The position numbers and the translations under genes are program-made. Source: Candidatus Thorarchaeota archaeon (GTDB lineage: Archaea; Asgardarchaeota; Thorarchaeia; Thorarchaeales; Thorarchaeaceae). Taken from it: a stretch of DNA of 64,000 bases. The stretch spans positions 114,217 to 178,216 of the forward strand of contig DXJO01000041.1 in the NCBI GenBank assembly GCA_019057475.1, read 5' to 3'. The notes beneath the pieces were generated by a model. The model worked only from the letters and a program-made list of their open reading frames with translations, had not been told where the DNA came from and searched no databases. Shown one piece after another: positions 1 to 9,242 of the stretch. Position 1 is the stretch's first letter. Every line of letters begins with the position of its first letter.

Positions 1-72
1 AGATCAAGACATCTCACCGTTACCTGTTTGAACTGCGGTGCAATAAGACGGTTCTATAACAAGAAACAATGA
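1..72 (+). CDS. rpp21: RNase P protein Rpp21 (C-terminal fragment, runs off window start)
   Basis: Frame 1 reads RSRHLTVTCLNCGAIRRFYNKKQ*, matching the second Zn knuckle of Rpp21; canonical position before yhbY-rps19e. Confidence 0.75.
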   Translation, partial: RSRHLTVTCLNCGAIRRFYNKKQ

Positions 73-124
73 TGCCACGTCAGAACCTTAAAGAAGAGAA
101 CGACTGACGCTTCAATGAATCAAT

Positions 125-397
125 ATGCCTAGCAAGCCCCATCTCGATTCCACAAGGATCAGTATCGCCTGGCAAGACCCAGTCATGCTTCAGATAGGAA
201 AGGCCGGTATCACGGATAACACCATATCAGAGGCAAGGCGACTTCTCAAGAAACACAAATGTTTCAAGGTTCGAGTGTTGCGCAGTGCCCTCGACGGAGA
301 ACTGACAAAACAGATGTTATTCGAAACTCTGTGTGAACGTTCTGGCGCAGAGCTGGCGGGTTTGCGCGGCAACACAGCTGTGGTCTACAAGAAATAA
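125..397 (+). CDS. yhbY: YhbY/CRM-domain RNA-binding protein
   Basis: LQIGKAGIT...KVRVLRS...RGNTAVVYK motif; conserved archaeal context. Confidence 0.85.
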   Translation: MPSKPHLDSTRISIAWQDPVMLQIGKAGITDNTISEARRLLKKHKCFKVRVLRSALDGELTKQMLFETLCERSGAELAGLRGNTAVVYKK

Positions 398-569
398 TAA
401 GTCGTCATGGTATAATCGGGTCCAAGCCGAGTTCTGTGGCTCTAATTGAAGCCGAATGCAACGACAACCTTTTATGCGGACTCTAGATTGCGGGGCCAGC
501 CTTCTGGGGTAGGCTACCGGCCGACTCTAGGTAGGGTGAACGCACTTCAATGTGTACGGTGACAAACAT

Positions 570-1022
570 ATGCCCACGGTCTATGATATTCCCGCCAACA
601 TCCTGATACGGCGTCTTGCACTTGACATAAAAGCTCGGAAAGAGATTACACCTCCGGAATGGGCTTCTTACGTCAAGACAGGCGCTCACAAGGAGAGAGC
701 ACCAGATCAAGAGGACTGGTGGTATACGCGGTGCGCGAGTATCATGAGGAAGATATACTTGCGAGGACCAGTCGGGATTGAGCGATTGAGAGTCGAGTAT
801 GGTGGGAGAAAGAGGAGAGGCACAAAGCCTAACAAATTCCAACGAGGCAGTGGCGCGGTCATAAGGACTGCTTTACAGCAGCTGGAGAAGGTGGGCTTTG
901 TCAAGAAACGTGGGAATAAGGGTCGAGAAATGACCAATGAGGGCAAGTCCTACATGGACAAGCTATCGGCCACATTGAAGACAGAACTCTCGAAGGCTAT
1001 ACCGGAACTGGAGAACTACTGA
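570..1022 (+). CDS. rps19e: 30S ribosomal protein S19e
   Basis: PEWASYVKTGAHKERAP, WWYTRCASIMRKIY; ATG at 570. Confidence 0.97.
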   Translation: MPTVYDIPANILIRRLALDIKARKEITPPEWASYVKTGAHKERAPDQEDWWYTRCASIMRKIYLRGPVGIERLRVEYGGRKRRGTKPNKFQRGSGAVIRTALQQLEKVGFVKKRGNKGREMTNEGKSYMDKLSATLKTELSKAIPELENY

Positions 1023-1050
1023 AGGAAGCCCCGGGCTAGGGGTGAGATGA

Positions 1051-1380
1051 TTGAGTGATGAAGAGCTTGAAGCAATTCGGCAGAGGAAGCTAGCGGCCCT
1101 CCAAGATCGGGCGATCCAAGAGCAGAGACATGAGCAACAGCTGTCCGAAGCGCAAACAAAGAAAGAGGCTCTTCTTCGTCAGATACTCACTCCAGAAGCA
1201 CGACAACGGTTGACCAACGTAAAGATGGTGAAGCCACAGTTTGCTGAACAGATAGAGGCGCAGTTGATTCAGCTCGCCGCATCAGGCAGACTCAAGGGAC
1301 GAGTGGATGACAATCAACTCAAGACACTCCTGCAACAGATCCAGGGAAGGGAGAGAGAACGAAAAGTCACGTTCAGATAG
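1051..1380 (+). CDS. PDCD5-family DNA-binding protein
   Basis: DEELEAIRQRKL...ILTPEARQRL..VKMVKP; follows S19e as in most archaea. Confidence 0.92.
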   Translation: MSDEELEAIRQRKLAALQDRAIQEQRHEQQLSEAQTKKEALLRQILTPEARQRLTNVKMVKPQFAEQIEAQLIQLAASGRLKGRVDDNQLKTLLQQIQGRERERKVTFR

Positions 1381-1402
1381 AAAAACGCTATAGGTGATGC
1401 AA

Positions 1403-1558
1403 ATGGCAAGAAACAAGCCACTCGCGAAGAAACTGAGGATGGCAAGAGCTCTGAAATCGAATTCCTCGGTGCCTACATGGGCCGTTGTTAGGACAGGTGG
1501 AAAGGTACGAAGAACACCGACGCAACGGAACTGGCGTCAGACAAAACTAAAGCCATAA
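1403..1558 (+). CDS. rpl39e: 50S ribosomal protein L39e (not in ORF track)
   Basis: Manual translation [51 protein letters not shown]; GGTGA RBS. Confidence 0.95.
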   Translation: MARNKPLAKKLRMARALKSNSSVPTWAVVRTGGKVRRTPTQRNWRQTKLKP

Positions 1559-1572
1559 ACAGGTGAGAATAG

Positions 1573-1995
1573 ATGCCTCCAAAAAAGAAGAAAGTGGTCA
1601 AAGAGACCAAGGATCTGCCTGAAGTAGAGGAAATAGAAGAGGTAAAAGAGGCAGAGGAGATGGATGAAGTCGAGGACGCCGAGGAAACGGTTGCTGAGGA
1701 GGCGGAAACTCCAGTAGAGGAAGTCCCAGAGGAAGAAATCATCGATGAACGAATTTACACAGTGCCACTCCGCAGAGCGTACTGGACTGGTAGCAGACTC
1801 CGCAGATCCAACAGAGCAGTAAGAATTCTCAGAAAGTTCGTAGAGAGGCACATGAAGCCGGAAGAGATTGTGATTCAGGCTGAAGTCAACGAGAAAATTT
1901 GGTCCCGTGGAATTCAGAAACCGCCCAGAAGAGTTAGGATTAGAGCCACTAAGAACTCAGATAATTTGGTCCGAGTTTACCTTGCGGAGGGATAG
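1573..1995 (+). CDS. rpl31e: 50S ribosomal protein L31e with acidic N-terminal extension
   Basis: ERIYTVPLR...VNEKIWSRGIQKPPRRVRIR. Confidence 0.95.
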   Translation: MPPKKKKVVKETKDLPEVEEIEEVKEAEEMDEVEDAEETVAEEAETPVEEVPEEEIIDERIYTVPLRRAYWTGSRLRRSNRAVRILRKFVERHMKPEEIVIQAEVNEKIWSRGIQKPPRRVRIRATKNSDNLVRVYLAEG

Positions 1996-2001
1996 CACGG
2001 T

Positions 2002-2667
2002 TTGATCGCCCGGACGGATTTCGAGGGCGATCCGAATGTCGGAGCCTTTGCTGTCATAACCAATGAGATTGCGTTCACATCTCCACATATGAGCAAGAAG
2101 TCCATCGACACCCTCGGACGCGCCTTCAATACACAGTTAGTTCAGTCAACAGTAGCAACCCTGGACGTCGTAGGACTAATGTCCGTTGCGAACCGCAACG
2201 GGCTACTTCTGCCTTACACAACAAGGGATGAAGAGCTGGACATAATCAAGCGGAGCGTTGACATAACGGTAGACTGGCTGGACAATAAGATGACTGCCCT
2301 AGGCAACATCATTCTGGCCAATGATAACGGCGCCATATGCCATCCGGATTTCGATTCAAAGGCAATAAAGAAAATCTCTGATGTCCTGGATGTCGAGGTG
2401 GTCCCCGGCACCGTGGCCAAGCTCCCTATCGTGGGTGTGAGCTCCGTAGTGACAAGTCAGGGGGCGGTCGTGCACCCCATGGCGACCAGTGAGGAGATTG
2501 AACGCATATCAGAGATGTTAAGAGTGCATGTTGAAGTCGGTACAGTGAACAGAGGCAGCCCGTATGCCCGTCTCGGCGTGTTAGCCAATACCGACGGAAT
2601 GATTGCCGGATCTGACACCACAGGTGTCGAACTCGCGCATATTTCACAGGTGTTGGGATATGTGTAA
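2002..2667 (+). CDS. eif6: Translation initiation factor 6
   Basis: ALGNIILANDNGA, GTVNRGSP, GSDTTGVEL. Confidence 0.96.
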   Translation: MIARTDFEGDPNVGAFAVITNEIAFTSPHMSKKSIDTLGRAFNTQLVQSTVATLDVVGLMSVANRNGLLLPYTTRDEELDIIKRSVDITVDWLDNKMTALGNIILANDNGAICHPDFDSKAIKKISDVLDVEVVPGTVAKLPIVGVSSVVTSQGAVVHPMATSEEIERISEMLRVHVEVGTVNRGSPYARLGVLANTDGMIAGSDTTGVELAHISQVLGYV

Positions 2668-2682
2668 TAGAGGTGCTTAGTT

Positions 2683-2928
2683 ATGGATACGAAAGTATGG
2701 CGAGCAATCGGAAAGTACAGGAAGAACAAGAGAACATTCACATTCACAAAGGAACTGATAGCTCTGAAGGAGTCGCATGTGAGAGAACGCATACTCTCTG
2801 ATCTAGGCAGCCGCCACAGAGTTAAGAGAAGGGACATCGAGATTTCCGAGGTCATAGAGATAAAGCCTGAGGAAGTAGTTAGTCTCGAGTTGCGAACAAT
2901 CCTAGGTGTGGAGAGCAAGATTGGATGA
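2683..2928 (+). CDS. rpl18a: 50S ribosomal protein LX (L18ae/eL20)
   Basis: FTKELIA...ERILSDLGSRHRVKRRDIEI; context eIF6-LX-prefoldin. Confidence 0.9.
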   Translation: MDTKVWRAIGKYRKNKRTFTFTKELIALKESHVRERILSDLGSRHRVKRRDIEISEVIEIKPEEVVSLELRTILGVESKIG

Positions 2929-3359
2929 GTGAGGAGCAGGAGAATCTTCTGCGGAGAGTATATGCAGAACAGCAGATGGCTTCCACCACCATAGAGCGTA
3001 AGGGACAGCAAATGATTCGTGTGCAGTCATACTTGGACAACTACCAAGTTGGCTTGCTGGTTCTGGAAGAGTTGCTGGGGAAGAAGACGGGAGAAGAGAT
3101 ACTCATGAATGTTGGTGGTGAAATCTATGTCCACGCCAAGCTCGTTGACTCAAAGAAGGTTACCAGACACATCGGAAAAGGCATCAGCATAGAACAGGAC
3201 ATAGCAGATGCCAAGAAGAGTATTGAGGAGATTATTTCGAGCCTAAAAAAGCAGTATGACTCCCTTGCTCAGGAGTATCAGCAGCTGCTTGGTTGGTCGT
3301 CAAAGTTGGGCACACAGTTCCAGCAATTAGCCGCGGAGATGCAGAAAAAGGAGGAGTAG
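2925..3359 (+). CDS. pfdA: Prefoldin alpha subunit
   Basis: Coiled coils flanking EILMNVGGEIYVHAK...HIGKGISIE hairpins; between LX and ftsY. Confidence 0.85.
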   Translation: MSEEQENLLRRVYAEQQMASTTIERKGQQMIRVQSYLDNYQVGLLVLEELLGKKTGEEILMNVGGEIYVHAKLVDSKKVTRHIGKGISIEQDIADAKKSIEEIISSLKKQYDSLAQEYQQLLGWSSKLGTQFQQLAAEMQKKEE

Positions 3360-3363
3360 CAGA

Positions 3364-4275
3364 GTGTTTGACAAGCTCCGTGGCGCCATTAGCAATGCTG
3401 TGACCAAGGCGACCACAAAAGAGCTTACAGACAAGAATCTCTCCGATGCAGTATGGGAACTACAGCTAGTCCTCATACAGAATGATGTAGCAGTGGAAGT
3501 GGCAGAACACATTTGTGAACTCACAAAGGAAAAAATGCTCGGTTCTAGAACTGGGCGCTTGGAAAACCTTACGAAGCTCTTCCATTCAGCATTGCACGAT
3601 TCAATAATCGAAGTTCTTACTCCTGAATACCCCCTAGACCTTCTAGAATTCGCCAAGAAAAGAAGAGATGAAGGTGACCCGACAACAATTCTCTTCGTAG
3701 GTGTCAACGGAACGGGGAAGACAACAACACTAGCGAAACTGGCACACCTCTACAAGAAGAACGGGTTCTCGGTAGTCATTGCCGCTGGAGATACATTCCG
3801 GGCTGGAAGCATTGAGCAGCTTGAGAAGCATGCTGAGAAACTGGAGATTAGGGTCATCAAGCAGGGCTATGGTTCAGATGCTGCGGCAGTCGCATATGAT
3901 GCAGTTGCTCACGCAAAGGCCAGACACATTGATGTTGTGCTCATTGACTCCGCGGGAAGGATGCAGAGCAACAAGAATCTCCTAGCAGAGATGAAGAAGA
4001 TGGCCCGCGTTGCAGAGCCAGATCTTAAAATCTTCGTGGGAGATGCTTTAGCAGGGAACGATGCATTGTCTCAAGCGAAGGAGTTCAATGATGCAATTGG
4101 TATCGACGGGGCAATTCTCACCAAGATTGATGCGGATCCATCAGGAGGCGCTGCCCTATCAGTGACATTCATCACTGGGCGGCCCGTTGTCTACGTGGGT
4201 ATAGGCCAAGGCTACGAGGACTTGCATCGATTCGATCCCGAGTGGCTTGCACAAAGGCTCATGTCAGAGAAGTGA
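3364..4275 (+). CDS. ftsY: SRP receptor FtsY
   Basis: GVNGTGKTTT, DTFRAG, DSAGR, TKID motifs. Confidence 0.97.
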   Translation: MFDKLRGAISNAVTKATTKELTDKNLSDAVWELQLVLIQNDVAVEVAEHICELTKEKMLGSRTGRLENLTKLFHSALHDSIIEVLTPEYPLDLLEFAKKRRDEGDPTTILFVGVNGTGKTTTLAKLAHLYKKNGFSVVIAAGDTFRAGSIEQLEKHAEKLEIRVIKQGYGSDAAAVAYDAVAHAKARHIDVVLIDSAGRMQSNKNLLAEMKKMARVAEPDLKIFVGDALAGNDALSQAKEFNDAIGIDGAILTKIDADPSGGAALSVTFITGRPVVYVGIGQGYEDLHRFDPEWLAQRLMSEK

Positions 4276-4349
4276 CTGAGTGGACAGTTTTATTACTGAG
4301 GGCTTCTGATGTCGCTCGCGTTTGCATATAGCAACCAGAGGTGGTCAGG

Positions 4350-5273
4350 TTGAGCCTAAAGGGCAGACATCTGGTAGACTTGTCAGACTTTGAAACACAA
4401 GAACTCCGTAAAATACTGGATACTGCTCATGATCTCAAGCAGAAACAGAAGAAAGGAAAGCCACATGAGATCCTTAAGGGCAAGTCCCTTGCAATGATAT
4501 TCATGAAGTCCTCAACAAGGACTCGAGTTTCTTTTGAGGTAGGAATGACTCAACTGGGTGGACATGCACTCTATCTTCAACCCAGTGGAACACAGCTCGG
4601 GCGGGGTGAAACAATAGGTGACACAGCCCAGGTTCTCAGCAGATACTGTGATGTTATTATGGCGAGGGTGTATGCCCATAGCGAGGTTGCTGGTCTAGCC
4701 AAGTATGCTACTGTACCTGTGATAAATGGGCTTTCAGACTTTCTGCATCCCTGCCAAATTATGGCAGACATGCTGACTATAGAGGAACACAAGGGAGGCC
4801 TTGAAGGTCTCAAAATCACCTACGTCGGGGACTCGAACAATGTTAGTAACTCGATTATGCAGGGCTGCACGATGATGGGCATGGATGTTACAATTGGGTC
4901 GCCCAAGGGTTATACACCGATTGAGGAAATAATGACGAGAGCGGATAGACTCAGCAAGAAGCACGGCACGACACTCGAGGTTGTGAATACTCCCGCCGAG
5001 GCCGTAAAAAACGCGGATGTCATCTACACAGACACGTTCTTCTCGATGGGCCAAGAGAAGTCAAAGGAGAAGGAGAGTGCACTGATGCAATTCCAAGTGA
5101 ACAAGGGACTGGTTGGAAAGGCGAAATCCGATGTCATTGTAATGCATTGCTTGCCTGCGCATCGAGATGAGGAACTTACTTCAGAAGTCATGGATGGCCC
5201 CCATTCAGTTGTCTTCGATCAAGCAGAGAACCGCTTGCATGCGCAAAAGGCGATACTTGCACTCATCGTATAA
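4350..5273 (+). CDS. argF: Ornithine carbamoyltransferase
   Basis: STRTR, HPCQ, SMG, HCLP motifs; TTG start after GAGGTG (GTG at 4341 is an alternative start). Confidence 0.95.
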   Translation: MSLKGRHLVDLSDFETQELRKILDTAHDLKQKQKKGKPHEILKGKSLAMIFMKSSTRTRVSFEVGMTQLGGHALYLQPSGTQLGRGETIGDTAQVLSRYCDVIMARVYAHSEVAGLAKYATVPVINGLSDFLHPCQIMADMLTIEEHKGGLEGLKITYVGDSNNVSNSIMQGCTMMGMDVTIGSPKGYTPIEEIMTRADRLSKKHGTTLEVVNTPAEAVKNADVIYTDTFFSMGQEKSKEKESALMQFQVNKGLVGKAKSDVIVMHCLPAHRDEELTSEVMDGPHSVVFDQAENRLHAQKAILALIV

Positions 5274-5285
5274 GAGGCGGAGCAG

Positions 5286-6254
5286 TTGGTCAACGAAATC
5301 ATTGCCATCGGCAGAATAAACATTGACATGGTCATGTATGTTGACACGCTTCCGGGTCGCATTCAGCATGTTGTATCAGACAAGGGACATATCTCATTTG
5401 GTGGCTCTGCTGCAAACTTCGCAGTGGAAGCAACGCTACTGGGTGTGAAGACGGGGCTAGTGAGCTGTGTTGGTGATGATATCTACGGCAAGATGGTTCT
5501 GAAACAGCTGTCAAAGTTTGGTGTAGATACGAGTAATGTACTGGTGCTGGGCAAGCAGGCGACAGGGCTCTTCTTCATGGCGCGCCATCCAACGGATGGA
5601 AACATAGTGGTGGCCAACCCGGGGGCAAACCGCTTCCTTGAGAAACATGTGCTTGATGAGGAATACGTTGCACGTGCAAGTAGCATTCATGTGGCTGGCG
5701 GCTTCCCAATGATGACTAGCAGGGCGTTAGAGATCGCCTCAACCAATGGGATGATTTTTTCGTTTGATCCGGGTCATGCTGCAGATACAGTGGACTTCTC
5801 GAAGATACTACCTGGGACTGACCTGCTTTTCGTGAACCAGTACGAACTGAAGAAGTACTTCAAGATTAGTCTGTCAGAGAAGGCGCTCAAGACCTTTGCA
5901 AAGGGATTTCCGGGCATGGTCATAGTGAAGACCGGGAGTAAGGGTGCAATAGCGACTGACGGGTTTGAGTATCACACATCGGACATATTCGAGGTGCCAG
6001 TAGTAGACACCGTTGGCGCGGGTGATGCTTTTGCTGCAGGATTCCTAACGGCATGGACTCGATCAGAGAAAATAGCGCAGGCACTTCATTTCGCTAATGC
6101 GGTGGCCGCACTTGCAATAACGAAAAGCGGAGCTCAGACTGGACCCACATTGGATGAAACTGCGAGTCTTCTGGCTAAGCATGGGGTTTCCATTGAGCCT
6201 ATTCTTCGTTCTTTTCGGAAAGGCATGAAGAAGAAACGGTACCGACATAACTGA
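5286..6254 (+). CDS. PfkB/ribokinase-family kinase
   Basis: GGSAAN and DTVGAGDAF motifs. Confidence 0.92.
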   Translation: MVNEIIAIGRINIDMVMYVDTLPGRIQHVVSDKGHISFGGSAANFAVEATLLGVKTGLVSCVGDDIYGKMVLKQLSKFGVDTSNVLVLGKQATGLFFMARHPTDGNIVVANPGANRFLEKHVLDEEYVARASSIHVAGGFPMMTSRALEIASTNGMIFSFDPGHAADTVDFSKILPGTDLLFVNQYELKKYFKISLSEKALKTFAKGFPGMVIVKTGSKGAIATDGFEYHTSDIFEVPVVDTVGAGDAFAAGFLTAWTRSEKIAQALHFANAVAALAITKSGAQTGPTLDETASLLAKHGVSIEPILRSFRKGMKKKRYRHN

Positions 6255-6332
6255 GTATTACCGGTGTAGTATTCTCCTTTTTGTGCACATAATACGCCCG
6301 TAATAACAGCGAACTGCAGGTGTGAGTGAATT

Positions 6333-7466
6333 ATGCATCCCATCTTAGAAGAGGTCCTGAAGTCATCAAACGCAGGACGAAAGGCGCAAGTTAGTAGGGC
6401 GGCGAAACGAACCATCAAGAATACTACATCAGATGAAGAGATAGCAGCCATTCTTGAGGAAGTTAGTGCCAGAATCTTGGTTGTGGGCGTAGGTGGAGCC
6501 GGTAATAATGCCGTGACCCGCTTGATGGATGTTGGAGTAGAGGGGGCTGAAACTCTTGCGGCAAACACGGATGCGCAAGACCTCTATTTCTGTAACTCGC
6601 ATCATAAGCTGCTCCTTGGTAGGGACACCTGTGGAGGTTTGGGAGCAGGTAATGATCCTGATGTAGGAGAAGCTGCTGCAGTTGAATCGTACGAAACAGT
6701 CAAGGATGTCGTAAGAGGGGACCTTGTCTTCATTACCGCGGGGATGGGTGGAGGTACAGGTACCGGTGCGGCACCAATCATAGCAAAGGCTGCAAGAGAG
6801 AACGGCGCATTGACTGTGGCCATAGTATGCCTTCCTTTTGAGGTGGAAGGCAAAACAAGGAAGAAGAACGCTACCAGAGGGCTCAACGCACTGATGGAGC
6901 ACGTGGATACGCTGATAGCGATTCCCAATGAGAAGCTCTTAGAGATTGCTCCTGACCTCTCGATGCCAGAAGCCTTCATGGTTGCAGACGAAGTTCTGGT
7001 CCGAGCAGTCAAAGGAATTGCAGAGTTGATTTCGAAGCCGGGGCTGGTGAATCTTGATTTCGCAGATGTCCGGACGACGATGAAGAACGGTGGGGTTTCA
7101 CTAATTGCGCTCGGTGAGGGTCAAGGAGAGGAACGGGCCGATGAAGCAGTATATAATGCTCTGAGGAACCCACTGATTGATGTGTCAATAGACAATGCAA
7201 GGAACATCCTAGTCAATGTGAGTGGGAGCATGGACATGCAGCTTATCGAAGCCAAGAGGGTAGTAGAGCTCGTTACAGAACAGGTCAATCCGGGTGCAGA
7301 GGTAATATGGGGAGCACTCATTGTACCAGAGCTGGAAGACAGAATCAGAGTAACGATTATTGCCTCAGGCGTGAGTTCCCCCTATGTGTTTGACTCTGAA
7401 ACAACACCGGTCACACCTCTTGCAGATGATCTCAAGACGGACCTCGGAATACCTCGCTTGAGCTAG
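6333..7466 (+). CDS. ftsZ: Cell division protein FtsZ (FtsZ1-type context)
   Basis: GGAGNN, GGGTGTG, NLDFAD; upstream of secE-spt5. Confidence 0.97.
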   Translation: MHPILEEVLKSSNAGRKAQVSRAAKRTIKNTTSDEEIAAILEEVSARILVVGVGGAGNNAVTRLMDVGVEGAETLAANTDAQDLYFCNSHHKLLLGRDTCGGLGAGNDPDVGEAAAVESYETVKDVVRGDLVFITAGMGGGTGTGAAPIIAKAARENGALTVAIVCLPFEVEGKTRKKNATRGLNALMEHVDTLIAIPNEKLLEIAPDLSMPEAFMVADEVLVRAVKGIAELISKPGLVNLDFADVRTTMKNGGVSLIALGEGQGEERADEAVYNALRNPLIDVSIDNARNILVNVSGSMDMQLIEAKRVVELVTEQVNPGAEVIWGALIVPELEDRIRVTIIASGVSSPYVFDSETTPVTPLADDLKTDLGIPRLS

Positions 7467-7567
7467 TCCGATAGCCGACACTCAGCAAGGGTTAAAAGCG
7501 CACTAGACTGCTTGCAGTCGATTTAAGAAACTGCTAAGGCAGTTTTATTCAGGGAAGTGAAACCACT

Positions 7568-7744
7568 ATGGGCATTGGCAGCTTCATCAGGGATGGCAGA
7601 CGAATATTGAAATTGGCCACGAAACCATCCAGAAAGGAGTTATGGATGAGTGCGAAGATTAGTCTGCTTGCAATGTTCCTCGTAGGATTGCTTAGCTTTG
7701 GCATACAATACCTGATGACAGTACTCACTTACACCTGGCAATAG
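7568..7744 (+). CDS. secE: Protein translocase SecE/Sec61gamma (not in ORF track)
   Basis: Manual translation MGIGSFIRDGRRILKLATKPSRKELWMSAKISLLAMFLVGLLSFGIQ...: the KP..E motif plus one TM helix. Confidence 0.92.
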   Translation: MGIGSFIRDGRRILKLATKPSRKELWMSAKISLLAMFLVGLLSFGIQYLMTVLTYTWQ

Positions 7745-7799
7745 TAGTTTCAGCCAGACTACTAGACACAAGCGTTTCGTGCTTAACGGAGGCATTTAG

Positions 7800-8489
7800 T
7801 TGCAATCAAGAACCAGCGTATATGCAGTGCGTACAACGATTTCACAGGAGAGATCTGTAGCTGATCTCATCACTACAGCAGTGGTTGGTGAAACTGACAT
7901 ATGGGAATGCCCATTCTGCTCGGAGCAGTTTGCGTCAGACAAAAGCACTAAGAAGCATATGAAGAAGAGCTGCAAGAAAGCGAAAAAGAAGAAAGGAGAA
8001 CCAAAACTAATCTCCCGGAATCAGTTGCTTGGTCGTGTCAAGGCGATACTGGTTCCCGAAACTCTCCGAGGTTATGTTTTTCTGGAAACGCTAGAGTTCA
8101 GGGACGTTGAGTTAGCCATCTCCGGAGTGCCGCACGTGCGCGGTAGAGTCAGCGGAAAGGTGAGCTTTGAGGAAATCGACAAGTGGTTGAAGCCAAAGCC
8201 CGCTGCTGAAGGTATCATGATAGGCGATGTGGTCGAGATTATCTCAGGGCCATTCAAGGGAGAAAGAGCACGGGTTGCGCGAGTAGACGCAGCCAAGGAA
8301 GAGCTCATACTGGAGTTGCTGGACAGTCCACACACCATTCCCATTCGTGTGCATGCTGACTTCGCGAAGATCGTCGAGAAAGCACACAGAGAGGAACCGA
8401 AAGAAGGTGACGAGACTGATGAATCCGGGGAGAAGAAAGATGAGCTCGATGATGATTCTTTCTGGGCGCATCAACCAGACTTAGCCTGA
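7800..8489 (+). CDS. spt5: Transcription elongation factor Spt5/NusG with inserted zinc finger and acidic tail
   Basis: NGN (YAVRTT, LRGYVFLE) plus KOW (GDVVEIISGPFKGE); insert CPFC-x12-H-x4-C. Confidence 0.95.
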   Translation: MQSRTSVYAVRTTISQERSVADLITTAVVGETDIWECPFCSEQFASDKSTKKHMKKSCKKAKKKKGEPKLISRNQLLGRVKAILVPETLRGYVFLETLEFRDVELAISGVPHVRGRVSGKVSFEEIDKWLKPKPAAEGIMIGDVVEIISGPFKGERARVARVDAAKEELILELLDSPHTIPIRVHADFAKIVEKAHREEPKEGDETDESGEKKDELDDDSFWAHQPDLA

Positions 8490-8633
8490 AAGCACAAGTC
8501 AACAACCTGACTGGTCAAACGCACGGGCGACCCAACGCAATGCTTAAAACCAGTTCTCCATGGGGGAGGTCTGCTCCTTAATCTGACATGAGCGCATAGA
8601 CGCCGTGTCCGGGGTGAAAACAGTTGAAATTGA

Positions 8634-8718
8634 ATGCAGTAGATCTTGTGGGATGTAAAGCTGATTTTGTCCTGCAGGTCGACCCAAACGGTACAGCGAT
8701 GTGCCAATTGCACTGCAT
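8634..8718 (+). promoter_or_regulatory. Candidate structured 5' leader (three-way junction) of the L11-L1-P0-P1 operon
   Basis: ATGCAGT(8634-40)/ACTGCAT(8712-18) closes two hairpins, 8642-8680 and 8690-8705 (GCGA tetraloop); ends 2 nt before the GGAG RBS. Confidence 0.45.
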
Positions 8719-8735
8719 CAGGAGAAGTGACAAAT

Positions 8736-9239
8736 TTGAGTAGTCAGAAAATAACTGTTGAGGCCATGGTAGAGGGTGGTAAAGCTTCAGGTGGGCCTCC
8801 AATTGGTCCCGCGCTGGGGCCGACCGGAGTGAACATCTTCCAAGTGGTCACCAAGATCAATGAGGTGACTGCACCTTTTGCAGGACTCAAGGTACCCGTG
8901 AAAATAATCGTTGACCAAGACACGAAGCAGTTCGAGGTTGAGGTTGGCACTCCACCTACCAGTGCCCTAATTCTAAAGGAAATCGGAGCAGAGAAGGGCT
9001 CAGGTGAGCCAAATACAAACATAGTTGGTAATCTTACGATTGACCAGATTAAGACCATTGCCAAGGGAAAAGCAGACCACCTGTCGGCGTTGACAGTGAA
9101 GAATGCAGTCATGATTGTTTCAGGCACCTGTGTTTCAATGGGCGTGACAGTTGAAGGCAAGGCACCCAAGGAGTTCCAGCAGGAAGTCCGAGAGGGTCTT
9201 TGGGATAGCCAGCTTGAAGGCGTGCTGAAGGAGGAATAG
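8736..9239 (+). CDS. rpl11: 50S ribosomal protein L11
   Basis: GGKASGGPPIGPALGP, GTCVSMGVTV; TTG start at 8736 (upstream ORF extension is spurious). Confidence 0.97.
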   Translation: MSSQKITVEAMVEGGKASGGPPIGPALGPTGVNIFQVVTKINEVTAPFAGLKVPVKIIVDQDTKQFEVEVGTPPTSALILKEIGAEKGSGEPNTNIVGNLTIDQIKTIAKGKADHLSALTVKNAVMIVSGTCVSMGVTVEGKAPKEFQQEVREGLWDSQLEGVLKEE

Positions 9240-9242
9240 ACA

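Noticed and set aside
8646-8735. Cys-containing N-terminal extension of L11 (CANC)
   Set aside because: The GGAG RBS and TTG at 8736 give a canonical L11; the upstream part is leader sequence
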